A DNA stretch of 64,000 bases, taken from contig NC_134034.1 of NCBI RefSeq assembly GCF_964204645.1, forward strand, positions 7,352,914-7,416,913. Direction: 5' to 3'. The DNA comes from Tubulanus polymorphus. Its lineage: Eukaryota > Animalia > Nemertea. The first letter of the stretch is position 1. Every line of letters starts with the position of its first letter. This document shows positions 1 to 13,106 of this stretch, piece by piece. The position numbers and the translations under genes were made by a program. Under the pieces are notes generated by a model. That model was given only the letters and a program-made list of their open reading frames with translations, did not search any database and was not told the origin of the DNA.

Positions 1-857
1 AAATTTAAATGTTGGATCAACACTGATTGGATGGAAGTCTATAGGATCTGTGCAAAAGAAACCTATATCCTCAGCCTGCTGTGGTGTAAAGAGTACAACA
101 TTTAAATTCGGACAAACCTCAATACTCTGTATAAAATCAGCTAGTTCACCACTCGCCAATTCCATCATGGCTGCAAGTTCATCTTCTTCATTGCAGTGAT
201 GAACCTGTCTCGCGTTATGCTTTATTTTATAGGCTGATGCCAAGGTTGGCACGTCTGCCAGGCCATCCGCTTCAGAGAGAGGTGTCATGACAGCTTCTCT
301 TGGAGACACACCAACTAACTTATCTTTAACTTTATTAATAACTTATGGCTTGATTCTAGTATAAGGCCTCTTACTTTTTTTGCTGTTGCCATGTGGTCGA
401 ACGATGATTGGGTGGGGCTCACCATCAAAAGCATATGATATGAGTGCAGTGTCATTTACAGTCTTTCCCTGATTGTTGACAAAATAAACAATTTTCTTAG
501 AAAAATCAGGATAGTCGGCATGTCTATAATAAATACGGACAATATGGTAATTGTCGCCAGAGCTACCCAAAGATAATTTTCTTTTAGACGTTATAGTGAT
601 AGTATCAACTTGTTTTCTGACTGTCATTGTAGACTTGCCTTTATGTTCGTAAACACCATTGCTGTCACATTTTAATTCTTTCAAAGGTACATTCTCCAAA
701 TCAATAAGGAAGAACACACTGTGACAAATATTGGCTGGCACTTTTTTACACTTTTTTTCGCTTTTCTTATGGCGAAGAACATTTCATTGATTGTGTGGTC
801 TTTCTTACCATCGAAAAATATTGGTAACTGTTCATCACCCTTGTAATACCGGTATGT
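1..857 (-). pseudogene. Mutator/MULE-like transposase exon, N-terminal half; runs off the window
   Basis: After the acceptor ttttcag at 858 it reads TYRYYKG..., with a frameshift near 741. It then gives YAFDGEPHPIIVRPHGNSKK..PYTRIKP, an in-frame TAA at 343-345 (probably TCA), and ...FCTDPIDFHPISVDPTFKF. PHGN and the D-x-T-F first catalytic Asp are typical of invertebrate MULE-like transposases. Confidence 0.65.
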
Positions 858-1909
858 CTGAAAAGAAAAATATTTATAAAACAACAAGCAGTCTATCGCG
901 TGATATAGCTCCGCTGCTTGTTAGATGGCCTTGATCCATATCGATGTGAAGAAATAAGTCCCACCCACAGGGGTCGCCCCTAGAGAACATTCATAGCAAA
1001 TTCATATCGATTTGAAGAAATAACAGTCCCAACGACAGGGCAAATGAGAAAAACAGCCCTCTTATTGGAGGTTCCATAGAAAATTCATAGCATTTGGAAT
1101 TGAAGGACTAGTAGGGAATTGATTGAATATATTCAGCCTAGTGAAGGAAAAATATTTGAGTTCAGTAGAAATAAGTCATAACGATTCAGAAACGAAACAT
1201 ACCTGGTCGTTTGCACTACTGTCATCTTCATTTGAATCTTGTTCAACATCTGATATGACATGAATAACTGGTGAACATCTTGAAAAAAAGTGTTACATTA
1301 AGTACTAGGTGTCAAAGATTTGAGGAAGGCAATAAAAATGTGTGGAATCAAAGAGTTATAATTGGGTAACAGATTGACTGAACTCAACCTGGATGGAATA
1401 AATAATACAACATACTGCATGACTATCATGATTTCGGCAAGATTATTGGTTAAAATAATGCATAATTATACTGTATTGTTCACTGGTTACAGCCACTGTT
1501 ACCACAGCCAATTTTCTTGGGGAAATATATATGGTTTCACCAATAAACAGAAAACAGTCACGTTAATACACATACACCTACCCTGAAATCGAGTTGCCAT
1601 CATCAGAGTCAGATATAATTATGGTGTCACGCTTGGATGAGTCCGATAATCTTACCATATCAGTGCATTTTGTTGAGACAGAATTTTCTCTGAGTTCACG
1701 AGACAATTCTGAAGCTTGAACATCACTGCGAAACAACAAAAAGAGATGTACGGTACTGGTATTATAGATATTGACAGCTCAAATATAAATAAATATAAAT
1801 ATAAATTTGTAGTGTCTCTGGAAGAAACATGTACATACCAATGATGGCATGCTGAAAATATCGTACTGTCGGAAAGACAGATGAATTGACGCAAACTTCA
1901 AAATCTTAC

Positions 1910-2023
1910 CTTTCCCCGGACAGTTCTTCCATGTAATAGTCTAAGTGGGTCACCTGATGATCTGTCATTTCCTGGCGAGTGGCACACACAAAGCTGCACA
2001 TCTTGCATCTAAATCGACCTCCA
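1910..2023 (-). CDS. Exon encoding a C2H2 zinc finger
   Basis: Bounded by tttcag and gtaag; reads FRCKMCSFVCATRQEMTDHQVTH (C-x2-C-x12-H-x3-H). Confidence 0.7.
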
Positions 2024-3085
2024 CTGAAATAATTTAAATTTTTCATAATGCAAAATTTTACTTTTTCAATGTAACTACAGAAGATTCAGCTTAACTTGAA
2101 TCAATTTGTACTTACGGTTTTCATTCGAGTTAGCTGATTTTATGGTAGAATAATAATTATATGTTTAAATGTTTTACGAATCTATTCAAGTTTGCACAAT
2201 AATTGAGTTTGCTGGACTCTACTGTATTTGATTGTAATGAGATTGTTGAGTGCGAATGTTTTGATTGTGTGGGTGTTCAAAGTGACTCTTGCAACAAGCT
2301 GTTGGCTTTCATGGGTGCCTTTCAAATTGATCTAGTAACATTGATAAATAAACATATGTACTACCGTAACTACTTCAGGCTAGATCTGTACCTGATTCAA
2401 ATACTTACTTGTTCCCTTTTCCTGTTTTCTGCTTTTTATTATAGATTTTTCTCTTATCTTGTAATGATGAATACTGAAATGAATTTAGTTTAGCATATTA
2501 TATTACTACAATCAGATAAAAATTGTCTTCTACAGCGTTCTATCATAGGTTTAGTCAGCCAGCTAATTTAGTGACTCCTTTGCTTTAATCATCATCAGAT
2601 TTCGGTGAGGAGCCATAGTTGACTGCACCTAAATCAGACCATAAGGTGACATAGGGGGTCCTTTAGGACTGGCCTACTACATATCTACAATTTTCATTTG
2701 ATCTATAACCGTTTATTAACAGAATGAACCATTAATAGAAACTCACATTTCGTTTTCTGATGTTTATGTCCAAATCTTCGGACTCCACGTTGATACCAGA
2801 CATCTGGAGCTTGATCGTCGGAGTTATTACTGACCAGATATGTAGACTCTTGAGCCCGAATTTTGGTATATTCTATACCAGATGGATCACTATCCTGTTA
2901 AAATTAAACGACTTTATTAAGCGATTGGCTAACACTTTTTAAATCAACAAAAGTGAGCTAATGAATTGAAACAGGTTCTACGTGGCTGAAAACGCTTCTT
3001 TCAAGACAACATCGGTAATAAACAGACAGAACTAAATATCAACGCTGTTTATTAGTTAACTAACTACGAAACTTGGTACACTTAC

Positions 3086-6035
3086 ATTATGCACTACATA
3101 AAAAAGAAGGAACGATTCTTTCGAGATGTCCATTTTTCTCATATCAACCAAATCCACCTAAAATAGTATAATCTCGCAAAATTATTGATGCGCACAATGA
3201 CCGAACGTTTAACCCATACTGATCCTGTCAAGCGAGTAATTGGATTAGAATCCTCGAGGTATATGTTGTTGGTTATTTTCTACATCCAGACAGTGGGAAC
3301 AAAATTAAGTTATTACGTCAAACGCCAGAATAAAAACAATAGTTACTGTTTTTTGAATCTACATTGTGGGTGTATACACTAGTAGTATTGTCATCAGTGG
3401 TGCTGAGCCGATTGAAAGTTACTCAACTTTAAGTTTCTTTCATTACGATTCAAAATGTGGTTGAATACTAGAATATTAACTGTGGTAAATCTTGGAAAGA
3501 TGAATGTTGAAAGATATGGATAAATACCTGTTCATCATCAGCTGTGAACCAGCGGCCAATATATTCCACCACTGTTCGATAATGGCCAGACTTTGTTGAT
3601 TGACCGTCATGGAGTGCGACACTCTTCAATTTATATCTCTTCTGAAATTTTTTTCTTTATTTATAAAATGCTGTATGTGCAATGGGAATGATCCGGCTTT
3701 CTGGGTTCATGGTCTTCATGACATTTTCAACCCTAATTCCATGACCGGGGGCACAGCACAGTTATTCAGTTTAAACGGGCATATGTGTTTCTAGAAAATT
3801 GAGTATGAGTGTACAGAAACTTACTAAACTTTCCCCGATTCTAGCTTCTAAGCCAACTGGAGGGTAGATACTATGTCCTAACCTAATAGGCGATCGTGAA
3901 GAGACATCAAATGTGTACCTGAAAGTAAATAGTAATATGATAAAATAATTGATGCACATTTAAAATGAAGCTAGTTCCAATGTAAGTCCCATAAATTAAT
4001 AGAGCTTCATCTAGATACATCGTCCACATATTATCTGTGCACGTATACACTAGTGGTTTAGTTACATTTTGCAGCATCACAAAATTATGATTTCTCATTG
4101 GTAAACTCCGGGACCGGGGAGCTGTTTGGCGTATTAATAATATAATCACAAAGCATAGCAAGCAGAAAATAATACGATAGAATACCATATAATTAATATA
4201 CATCTATTATGTATATTTTTATGTATATTTATGTATATATTATGTTTATGTATATATAATTTTCAGTTGTATTTTCATGTAAAAGTTATCATATTATGAT
4301 GAACACCAGCCAGCTAAAAATATAAAATTTCGTATGATTTTCCACCTAACTTGTGTAGGCAAGCACATCAAAATCCAGGATGTCAGTGCATAATATGTAC
4401 TTTTCATTTGAACATTCATGTAGTTTTTTTTGTCCTAAAGATATAGAAAAGATATAGAACTTCAGTTACCTCTTTAAATGTAGGACTAAATATTTCTCGT
4501 CTCCAATAAACTGTCTGCTTTGAACTGCTGTCTTGGATTCACACCTGAAATTAATTGAACATAGGAATAACTTCATCAAAAGCGAGGGATTTTTGGGGAC
4601 TTACTCCAATTGATCTTTAATCTACATGGAGGTTCTGTTCAACTTACTGGCAACAATTGAAATTCAACCTCTCCTTCGCTCCAAACAGTTTCAGTGCCTG
4701 AGGCACATCAGTAATAGAAGTGCCATTTGTATAATCCTTTAAAAAATGCAAAATCATGTTTGTGTATATTATGTTAGAGTAGTCAGTAATTTCTTTCTAC
4801 TTCCATGGGCTAGCCGAAAAGACCAACAACTATCATTTATCAAACCCAAACCAATGGATAAAAGATATGACCTATGACTGTTAGGAATTTCATAGGGTCA
4901 TGCTTAGGTCATATTTATGTAGGCCTACTGTATAATAAAAACATATAAAAGAAAAACAAAATACTTGTATTTTAATATGAAAACTCACCAAGCAAGGCAG
5001 AGAAACTATATTCGAGCCGTCATGTATTACAGACTTCTCCCCACACTGATCACAGGATGCTAGAAATAATCCATGATCAATGTTAAGTTACAAAAAATGA
5101 ATTGTTAAAACATTCTTCCAGTATTGTGATGAAGTCATGTTATATTACATTTAAAACTTACTGATTTGTCGCCAGTTGGTTAGGAACATTTCAAATAATG
5201 ACCTGCAATAGGCATTAAAGATTATACATGCATTTCTGAATCAATTAATAGAGCCACAAGATATTCAGTCTAAAATGGGAAAAACAGTTTATTCAGTTTA
5301 TTTCAGAAAATTTAATTTTTAGGAACATGTAGGTTAGTGTGGTAATAGCAAAGCATAGGTAAGAAAGGGCTTGCCTCGTTTATACACATTCCCTTATCTG
5401 GACCAGAAATAATGTAGGTGTAGTGATTTTTCAATGTAAAAACTGAATCCATAAAACCTCATCAAACTTACGGATCCTCTTCTTTCAGTTTTTTCATTAG
5501 TCCCTGAAAAAACTCCTCAGCGTCTTGTTGATGGAATTGGTCACCATCTGGGATAATATCTGAAACATATGACCGGAAGTGTTCACACACTAATACAGGC
5601 AAAAATTTAAGCTTATGAAATGTGGCACATTGGATTTTTATTTTTGCAAACACTTTTACAAACAATTTTAATTTGTGATAGAGCTAAACTTGTTGTATAT
5701 TAAGTTTAAATTACCTTCTATATGAATAAACAACTCATCATTATTGCCCTCAAAGGCATTTCCAAGCATGCACCTATAACACGTATCTTTAAAACCTGCA
5801 ACAAAGAAATAGATCTGTATGGTTTATAGTTAAATATGTCTTTTTATGGGGCCTAAACTGGTTATCAAGCTCCAAGGAGGGTTAGGTTCACGTTTTATAA
5901 CTTACACTCATTCACAAAAGTATGTTGGGTAATCTTGTTTCGAAATTCAGTTAAGCCCCGTAGGCACTGCACAATCGAATTTAGGTAACAGCTAGAGCTG
6001 TTATAGTTGAATAATGGTATCGGAGACTCCATCAT
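3086..6035 (-). CDS. Spliced ubiquitin-specific protease (peptidase C19) domain, 10 exons
   Basis: Exons 6035-5906, 5795-5715, 5589-5472, 5202-5162, 5059-4989, 4736-4648, 4544-4470, 3918-3825, 3641-3528 and 3158-3086 are all GT-AG and phase-compatible. Motifs: Cys box NYNSSSCYLNSIVQCL, QQDAEEF, CDQC and CCQC, LVLHLKRY, His box YKLKSVALHDGQSTKSGHYRT..WFTADD, and SFLLFY (needs one base removed from the T6 run at 3133-3138). Confidence 0.85.
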
Positions 6036-6916
6036 CCTGAATTTCTGAAAGACATAATATATTATGATTTAATTGTATCATAGAGCACAACATAGCAAAA
6101 ATACTGGTAGGCCTAGGCCTGAAAAAAAGTTCTTTGGAGTAAGAAAACGTAGTTTGAATTTGAATCTATAAAAATAAAGCTTTTTGCGTCGAATTTATTT
6201 TTCTATTTAAGGAAAAAAATGATGATTCACAGGACTTAGAAAATTTTCAGTGATATAGCATCCCGCTACCGCGTCTTGTAGGCCTATCTAAGTTCTACCA
6301 TCTCTGTATTCAGATATGGCCCTTAACAGCCCATTATGATACTCAAAAAGGGTATGGTAGGGCTGTTTTTGCATCGGGTGGTTGGTTGTAACTACTCATA
6401 GGCCTATATATAAGTCATAGCATGAAACGAGTTAAATCGGTACCCCACCTGTCATCCCAGACCAGGTACCGTATGATCGCCATGCCTCATTCAATTCTTC
6501 ATAAATTCTACCAAACATTCATTTATATTCATAAACTTGTCTTATAAAGTACCGGTACCTTTCGTCCTTATTTATTAAATCAACAATCAATATCAATCAA
6601 CATTGATTGAATATGAATCATTACTGATCAACCATTGATTAGCCCATTTTTTTATTAACGGGCGGGTAGACCTGAGACCATGATCATATGATTTATATAT
6701 TATCAGGTGTAAAGACATACTTACATATACGAAATTATGCAATTTTTGAGAATCAACGTGTAAAAAAGTATAAAAAAACGATCCACAAAACGTGCGCTAT
6801 ACTATTTCGTAAAATTGTATCGTGTCAGATGTATTAATTTTTTTTTGTCACCGGGCCGGGACTTCGCATGAGCTGGAGTCCGCAATCTCGAGAATTTCAG
6901 GGGAGCATTAATTATA

Positions 6917-9739
6917 TAAGCAAATAAGTACTACTGTCCAACATGTAATATCAATGTAGATAAATCTCAAAAAGCAAGACACAATAAAACTAAAACACAT
7001 TTAGAGAATAAATTGAAACTAGAATATAAAGATGATATATTAGAAACTAAATTAGATTAATGAAAGAATGAAAAAGAAACATACAAATGTGATACATGTA
7101 ATCAATCATTCAGTGATAAAAGATATTATAAAGAACATTTAAAATCTATAAGTCATATTAGAAATAAGAATAATGATATTTTAGGTGAAGATTATTTTGA
7201 TAAAGATAATGATAAGAAACAGAAGACAATTAAAAGCATAAAAAATAAATCAAACAATAAAAGACCATACATGGAAGATGTAAGAAAATATATTAATTCA
7301 TTAGATAATAAAAAAGATATAGAGATAACCGAAGCATTTAAAAGTGATATTGGCCCAGCAGCTATTGAGTTTAAATTTCATAAAGGAAAAACATTAGAAG
7401 AAAATAAAAAACATTTAGAAAATATGAAAGAAATAATAAAAATAATAACTGATGTTGAATATCCTGAAATTAGTATATCTTCTAAAGTTAAATTCATAAA
7501 ATCTGAAGATAAACCAATATATAATATAAATTCTCATTCACAACATATTATATCTAAACAACATATAGATGATAAATTAGATAAATGTTATAATGAAGTA
7601 AAAACTAAAATAGAAGAGAAATATTTTGAAGGATCTGGTTTAATATTTGATGAGATAATATTTATGACTTTACATGTTTATAACACAAAATATAATAAGT
7701 TAACTAAATCAAAACCAATTGATGAAAATAATGTATCATATTATAAAGAACCAAATATTGAAGCATCGAGTTATATTAAACTACCATTTAAAACTAATGC
7801 TGTAATAAATGTACAAAATGAAGATGATAAATGTTTTCTATGGGCTATAATAAGTTGTTTACACCCAACAGAAGATATTACACATAGTTTTAGATTAACT
7901 CATTATAAACCATTTGAAAATAATTATAAGATAGATAAGTATCCTGTTAGAATTAAAAACATCCCAAAAATAGAAAGAGATAATAATATAAAGATAAATG
8001 TATTTGATTTAATCAAATTACCAAATACAAAAGGTAACAACATAAAACATTATACATTAGAACCTTTATACCTATCAAAAGATTATGATTTAAACGATGT
8101 TATAGATATACTATATTATGAGAATCATTATATGTGGATTAAACAAATCGATTTATTTTTTAAATCAGAAAATGATCACCATAAAATATATCTTTGTAGA
8201 AAATGTTTACATAAATTCAGTAATGAAAGTACATTATTAAATCATAAACAATTATGTGAAAATCATGATTATTGTAAATTAGTTTTACCAAATGAAAAAG
8301 ATAAAATATTAGAATTCAAAGAATATGATTACAAAAATAAAGTACCATTTGTAATATATGGAGATTTTGAATCATTAAATAAAGAATTAACTGATCAAGA
8401 TAGAAAAGAAATATATTATAAAAGAAAGAAATTAAATTCTAATGAAAATGATTTTTCAGATGAACCACCAAAAACAAATATAATTAAAAAGATTCATCAA
8501 TCAGCTGCTGCTTTCGGGTTATACATTAAATCTGATTATCCAGAACTAATTGAAAGTGAATATTATCATTATAGAAATGAAAATGTTATCAATCATTTTT
8601 GTGACCTATTAATTGAATATGAAATAAGATTTAGTAAATTATTGAATACAAATATAGAAATTATAATGACAGAAGAAGATAAAGAAGAATTTGCGTTTGC
8701 AGATAAATGTTATTATTGTGAAAAGATATTTAATTATAAAGATAAAAAAGTAAGAGACAATTTTCATTTGAATGGAAAGTTTAGAGGCGCCGCACATGAG
8801 AATTGTAACTTACAAGCTAAGAAAATTAACTTTGTACCAGTTATATTTCATAATCTATCAGGATATGATGCACACTTATTCATAAAACAGTTATGCCATA
8901 AAATAGAAGAAATCAATAATGAAATAGAAATATTAAATTCAAATAGATCAAAAGATAAAATACCAACTTATAAATTTAGAATGTTAGCTAAAACATCTGA
9001 GAATTATATATCATTCCAATTTGGTTGCCTAAGATTTATAGATTCATATAGATTTTTAAATAGTTCATTAGATAACTTATCAAAATCATTAGTTGATGAT
9101 GAATTAAAAATATTAAAGCAACATTACCCAAATAATGATGATTTTCAATTAATGAGATATAAAGGAGCAATTCCATATTCATTTTATAAATCACATAATG
9201 ATTTCAATATAACTGAATTATTGAAAGAACAATTCTATGATGGATAAAAAAATGAATATGTTAAAGATGAAGTCTATAATAGAACATCGAATATTTGGAA
9301 TCATTTCAAAATAAAAAATCATGGACAATTAGTAGATTTATATTTAAAATCAGATGTATTATTATTAACCGATATATTCGAAAGGTTTAGAGATGTAAAC
9401 CTAAAATATTTCAATATTGATCCATGTCATTGTTATTCATCACCAGGTTTAACATGGGATTGTGGATTAAAATTTACAGATATAAAAATGGATTTGTTAA
9501 CAAATATAGATCAATTACTATTATTTGAAAAATCTATAAGAGGAGGAGTTTCAGGTGTATTAGGGGATAGATATTTCAATGTAAATGATAACCCCGGATA
9601 TAAGTTATTATATATAGATGCAAATAATTTGTATGGTTGGGCAATGATGGAACCACAACCTTATGGAGTATTTGAATTAACTGAAGTTTTACAGAATGAA
9701 AATAATGATAAATTTGATTGGAAGAAAAGAAAGTATTAG
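6917..9739 (+). pseudogene. Protein-primed DNA polymerase B, N-terminal two thirds (element A)
   Basis: Two N-terminal C2H2 fingers (YYCPTC..RH..TH; KCDTC..EHLKSISH), OTU-like NEDDKCFLW..HYMWI, ExoI YGDFES, ExoII FHNLSGYD, ExoIII YLKSDV, pol motif A YIDANNLYGWAM. Interrupted near 7060 and 9245; truncated near 9735 before motifs B and C. Confidence 0.92.
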
Positions 9740-10178
9740 ATTTTTAAAAAGTGAGAGTTCTGATAGAATAAAGATAAGGTTGTCTAATAGTGAAAAACAT
9801 AAATTTATGGTAAAAAAACCTATAGCTAAACTGTTAGGAATTCTTCCAGATAGATCTTTTACAAATATTGACGCTACTACACCAAACTTAATACCTTACA
9901 CACACTTTTATATTTATTGCAATTTAATCGATCCTACAAAAACATTCGAAGCAACTAAAGATATAACTTGTAATTCTGGTTTACTAAACATTTTACCATT
10001 GAAGAATGTTAAAGAATTTGGAACGCAAATAAATTATAATTTAACAGAATGTGATTTCAAACCATGCATTCCTCGTTTTAATAATTTTAGATTAGAAATT
10101 AGAAATCATAATGGATACTTAATTGATTTAAATAATTTCCCTGTAATTTATGAATTAGTTATAAGATGTAGAGAGTAA
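9738..10178 (+). pseudogene. Minor capsid (penton-like) protein, C-terminal part, fused by deletion to pPolB
   Basis: Homologous to 37476-38264 (HFYIYCNLI..LLNILP..LIDLNNFPVIYEL). Confidence 0.65.
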
Positions 10179-10196
10179 TTTTTTTTCGCTATATAA

Positions 10197-10538
10197 ATGA
10201 ATATAACTGTTGGACCGAGTATATGTTTTGGGTTTGATTTTAAACATGGTAAAGAAATGAGAATTAAACTAAATGATGTAATTACTGATATAAAAAGTAA
10301 ATCATTTAACAATGCATCAATGATTGATAAAGAAAATTATAATATAGAAAAAGTAATTGATTTAATTAAAACGCCTTTAGAATATTATGAATTAAATGCA
10401 GATGGAATTATTGAAGATATCAAAAACATATTATCCAAAATATATGATAATCATCAAAGTAGTAATGAAATAAATGTTGAATTAATCATAAATAAGTTAA
10501 CTAAATATTTTGATGATAGTAATTTCTTTGATAAATAA
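10197..10538 (+). CDS. Polinton hypothetical protein, 113 aa
   Basis: ORF with TAAATG start context; homolog at 37119-37459. Confidence 0.7.
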   Translation: MNITVGPSICFGFDFKHGKEMRIKLNDVITDIKSKSFNNASMIDKENYNIEKVIDLIKTPLEYYELNADGIIEDIKNILSKIYDNHQSSNEINVELIINKLTKYFDDSNFFDK

Positions 10539-10759
10539 ATGAGTGATAATAAGTGGATAATAACTGGATTATATAATGGCGCATTACTATCAGTTGGAAC
10601 TGTTGGTTATTCAATGGTATTAAAAAAGTATTTAAAATGGGAAGTGTTAATGTTGATAGATTTGATTTAATTGATATCTTAAAATTAACATTAGCAGTTA
10701 CTTTATCTAATTTAACTATTGATTATTTGGAAAAACAAAAATATATTCCTCCCATATAA
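10539..10759 (+). pseudogene. Small hydrophobic Polinton protein, frameshifted
   Basis: One base shorter than the intact 73-aa homolog at 36897-37118. Confidence 0.7.
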
Positions 10760-10784
10760 ATGCATAATTTTTTTTGCTAAATAA

Positions 10785-11207
10785 ATGGCTTCTGCAATTA
10801 TAACTATTATAGGATCGGCAATTGTTAACGCTTTAGCATTTACTGGTGGCGGATATTTATTTAAGCATATTGATAAAAATAGTTCATTAGGAGAACAAAG
10901 AAGACATAACTTAGCATTAGAGAAATACAATAAAGCAGCAGAAGAATATAGAGAAAAAAGACAAAACTATATGGATTATATTAACAAGGAATTATATGAT
11001 CAGAAGATTTCACATAGAGATTTTCAATCAGTTTATGATGCAATGAGTTTATATAACGCGGTAATCAATAAAGAAAAATTACATCTATACAAACCTAAAT
11101 TATCAGATTATTATACCCCAAGTAAAGAACAACAGAAATATGAAATAATTTGGATTTTAGGCGGAACTGTTATTGTTATATTTGTTGCTTATAAGTTTAC
11201 TAATTAG
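10785..11207 (+). CDS. Polinton conserved membrane-associated protein, 140 aa
   Basis: Hydrophobic N- and C-termini; 6 aa differences from 36450-36872. Confidence 0.8.
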   Translation: MASAIITIIGSAIVNALAFTGGGYLFKHIDKNSSLGEQRRHNLALEKYNKAAEEYREKRQNYMDYINKELYDQKISHRDFQSVYDAMSLYNAVINKEKLHLYKPKLSDYYTPSKEQQKYEIIWILGGTVIVIFVAYKFTN

Positions 11208-11229
11208 TAATTTTTTTTTTGCTAAATAA

Positions 11230-11658
11230 ATGGATGATAAAGTTGATTATATTGATATTATTCCTCATGATATAAATAAAACTAAATTTAAAACATATTT
11301 AGAAAAACAAATATTAGAAAGTGACTTAAAGATAAAAAAGAAAAAATATTTAAAAAGTAAAATTATATATTATTTGATTATAAGTGGTTCGGTTACAATT
11401 AGTTCTGTAATAACATTTCTAGCAATATTCAGTCCATTAACGCCTTTAGCTATATCAATTGGTGTGTTAGGATTAAGTTCAAGTGTTTTAACCGGTATAA
11501 GTTCAAAATTAAATATAAAAAGTAATAAAGAAAAAATTAAAACTAATATAAAAGAAATTAATAAATTAAAGAATACACTAGATTATATAATAAGTTTAAA
11601 TGGTCATATAACAGTTGAAGAACAAGATAAATTATTAAAAGAATTAATAAATTATTAA
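11230..11658 (+). CDS. Polinton protein with two predicted transmembrane segments, 142 aa
   Basis: Central hydrophobic hairpin; homolog at 35996-36430. Confidence 0.75.
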   Translation: MDDKVDYIDIIPHDINKTKFKTYLEKQILESDLKIKKKKYLKSKIIYYLIISGSVTISSVITFLAIFSPLTPLAISIGVLGLSSSVLTGISSKLNIKSNKEKIKTNIKEINKLKNTLDYIISLNGHITVEEQDKLLKELINY

Positions 11659-11674
11659 TTTTTTAGTTATATAA

Positions 11675-13090
11675 ATGGCAGATAGTTTTCCAAAAGCTTT
11701 CCAATATAATAAATCAATTAAATATAATATTCCAGCAATAGATTTTAATAAAGATATTACATATAGAAATGAAGTTTTAGATTCATTAACTAATTTAGAA
11801 ATTTATGTTACTGAAACTAATAATTTTAATGCAAAGATGGAAAATATATTTCATGTATATTTAATTAATTTTAAAAAATTGAAAGATGAAAAACAATGGT
11901 TATTAAAATCTAATATGAAGTATTCGCAGAACCAATTAAATTTTGCTGTTTATTGTGCAACAACAGGTTGTGGAGTTAGTTGGAATGATCATTTGAATAA
12001 TTCTAAATATAAATTAATTCAAAGTTTATTTAGATTTCATACATACTTTCAAATCAGAATAATATTAAATGAATTAGAGTGCGCTTTACCAGGATCTAGG
12101 TATTTTAAAGAATTAGATAATAATATTAATTCATCAAAGTTTTATAAAATTTGTAATGAATTTAATATAGATATAAATAATTCTGATTTTAGAACAAAAA
12201 TTGGAACAATAAGATCACTTCCTTGCCCTAAAAAGATTGCAGAATATTGTGCACTTCCCATACCATCTAATAGTTTTTATAATATCTATAATAATAAATT
12301 AGGTTATGGTAAAATAGAAACTAAGGATTTAGAAACATTGAATTTCAATAAATTACCGACATTTTATGATAATTTAAAACAAGAAAACAATAATGGTTGG
12401 GTTTATTTCATTTTAGAAAATAATGAAGGTTTTACTAAAGCCGGAATACAAAGAATAAATCAATCAATTAGAACTTATTTGATATGTATTTTAGGTGCGA
12501 AAGTTGAAAAAAGATCCCCAATAATTGGAAATTTGAATACATCATTCGATACACAAAAACAATTTAAAGTTTTATTTGAAGATTCCATACATAATGATAA
12601 AAATAGATCGATTCCAGAAAACATTGTAAGATATCAAAATTATTTAGATAAATCACATTTTAGATTAAATTATTGTATAGGCCCTAATCTATTAATTATT
12701 TCTAATGATTTAGTATTGAAGATGGGAAATATAACTGGTTATAATAATCTATTTAAAACTGCAACAATAAATAATTCATTTGGATTGAATGATATAGATA
12801 AAAAGATTATTACTGCTCCAAAATTAATGGAAGGTGTAAAAAATAAAAAACACATTCAATCAACAGAAACTAAAACTAATGATATCAAATTAAATAATGA
12901 TTCTAAAATAAAAGATTATAATACATCAGAAAATGGTGCCGTACGGCACCCACACGGTGATATAAAAACTGATAATATTCAACATGATATAATTAAAACT
13001 AATGATGATAATGAATCCCATGAAAATACTAAATTAGCTATAACTTGTATAGGAATTGTAATCGGATGATTATCATATTTTAAATTTTAA
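11675..13090 (+). CDS. Polinton conserved hypothetical protein with C-terminal hydrophobic anchor (late premature TGA at 13067)
   Basis: QNQLNFAVYCATTGCG and FRFHTYFQIR motifs; near-identical homolog at 34600-35979. Confidence 0.75.
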
Positions 13091-13106
13091 TTTTTTTATT
13101 ATGTAA

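Noticed and set aside
9696-9740. pPolB-penton overlap as a programmed frameshift
   Set aside because: Comparison with B shows a deletion junction that removed the pPolB C-terminus and the penton N-terminus.
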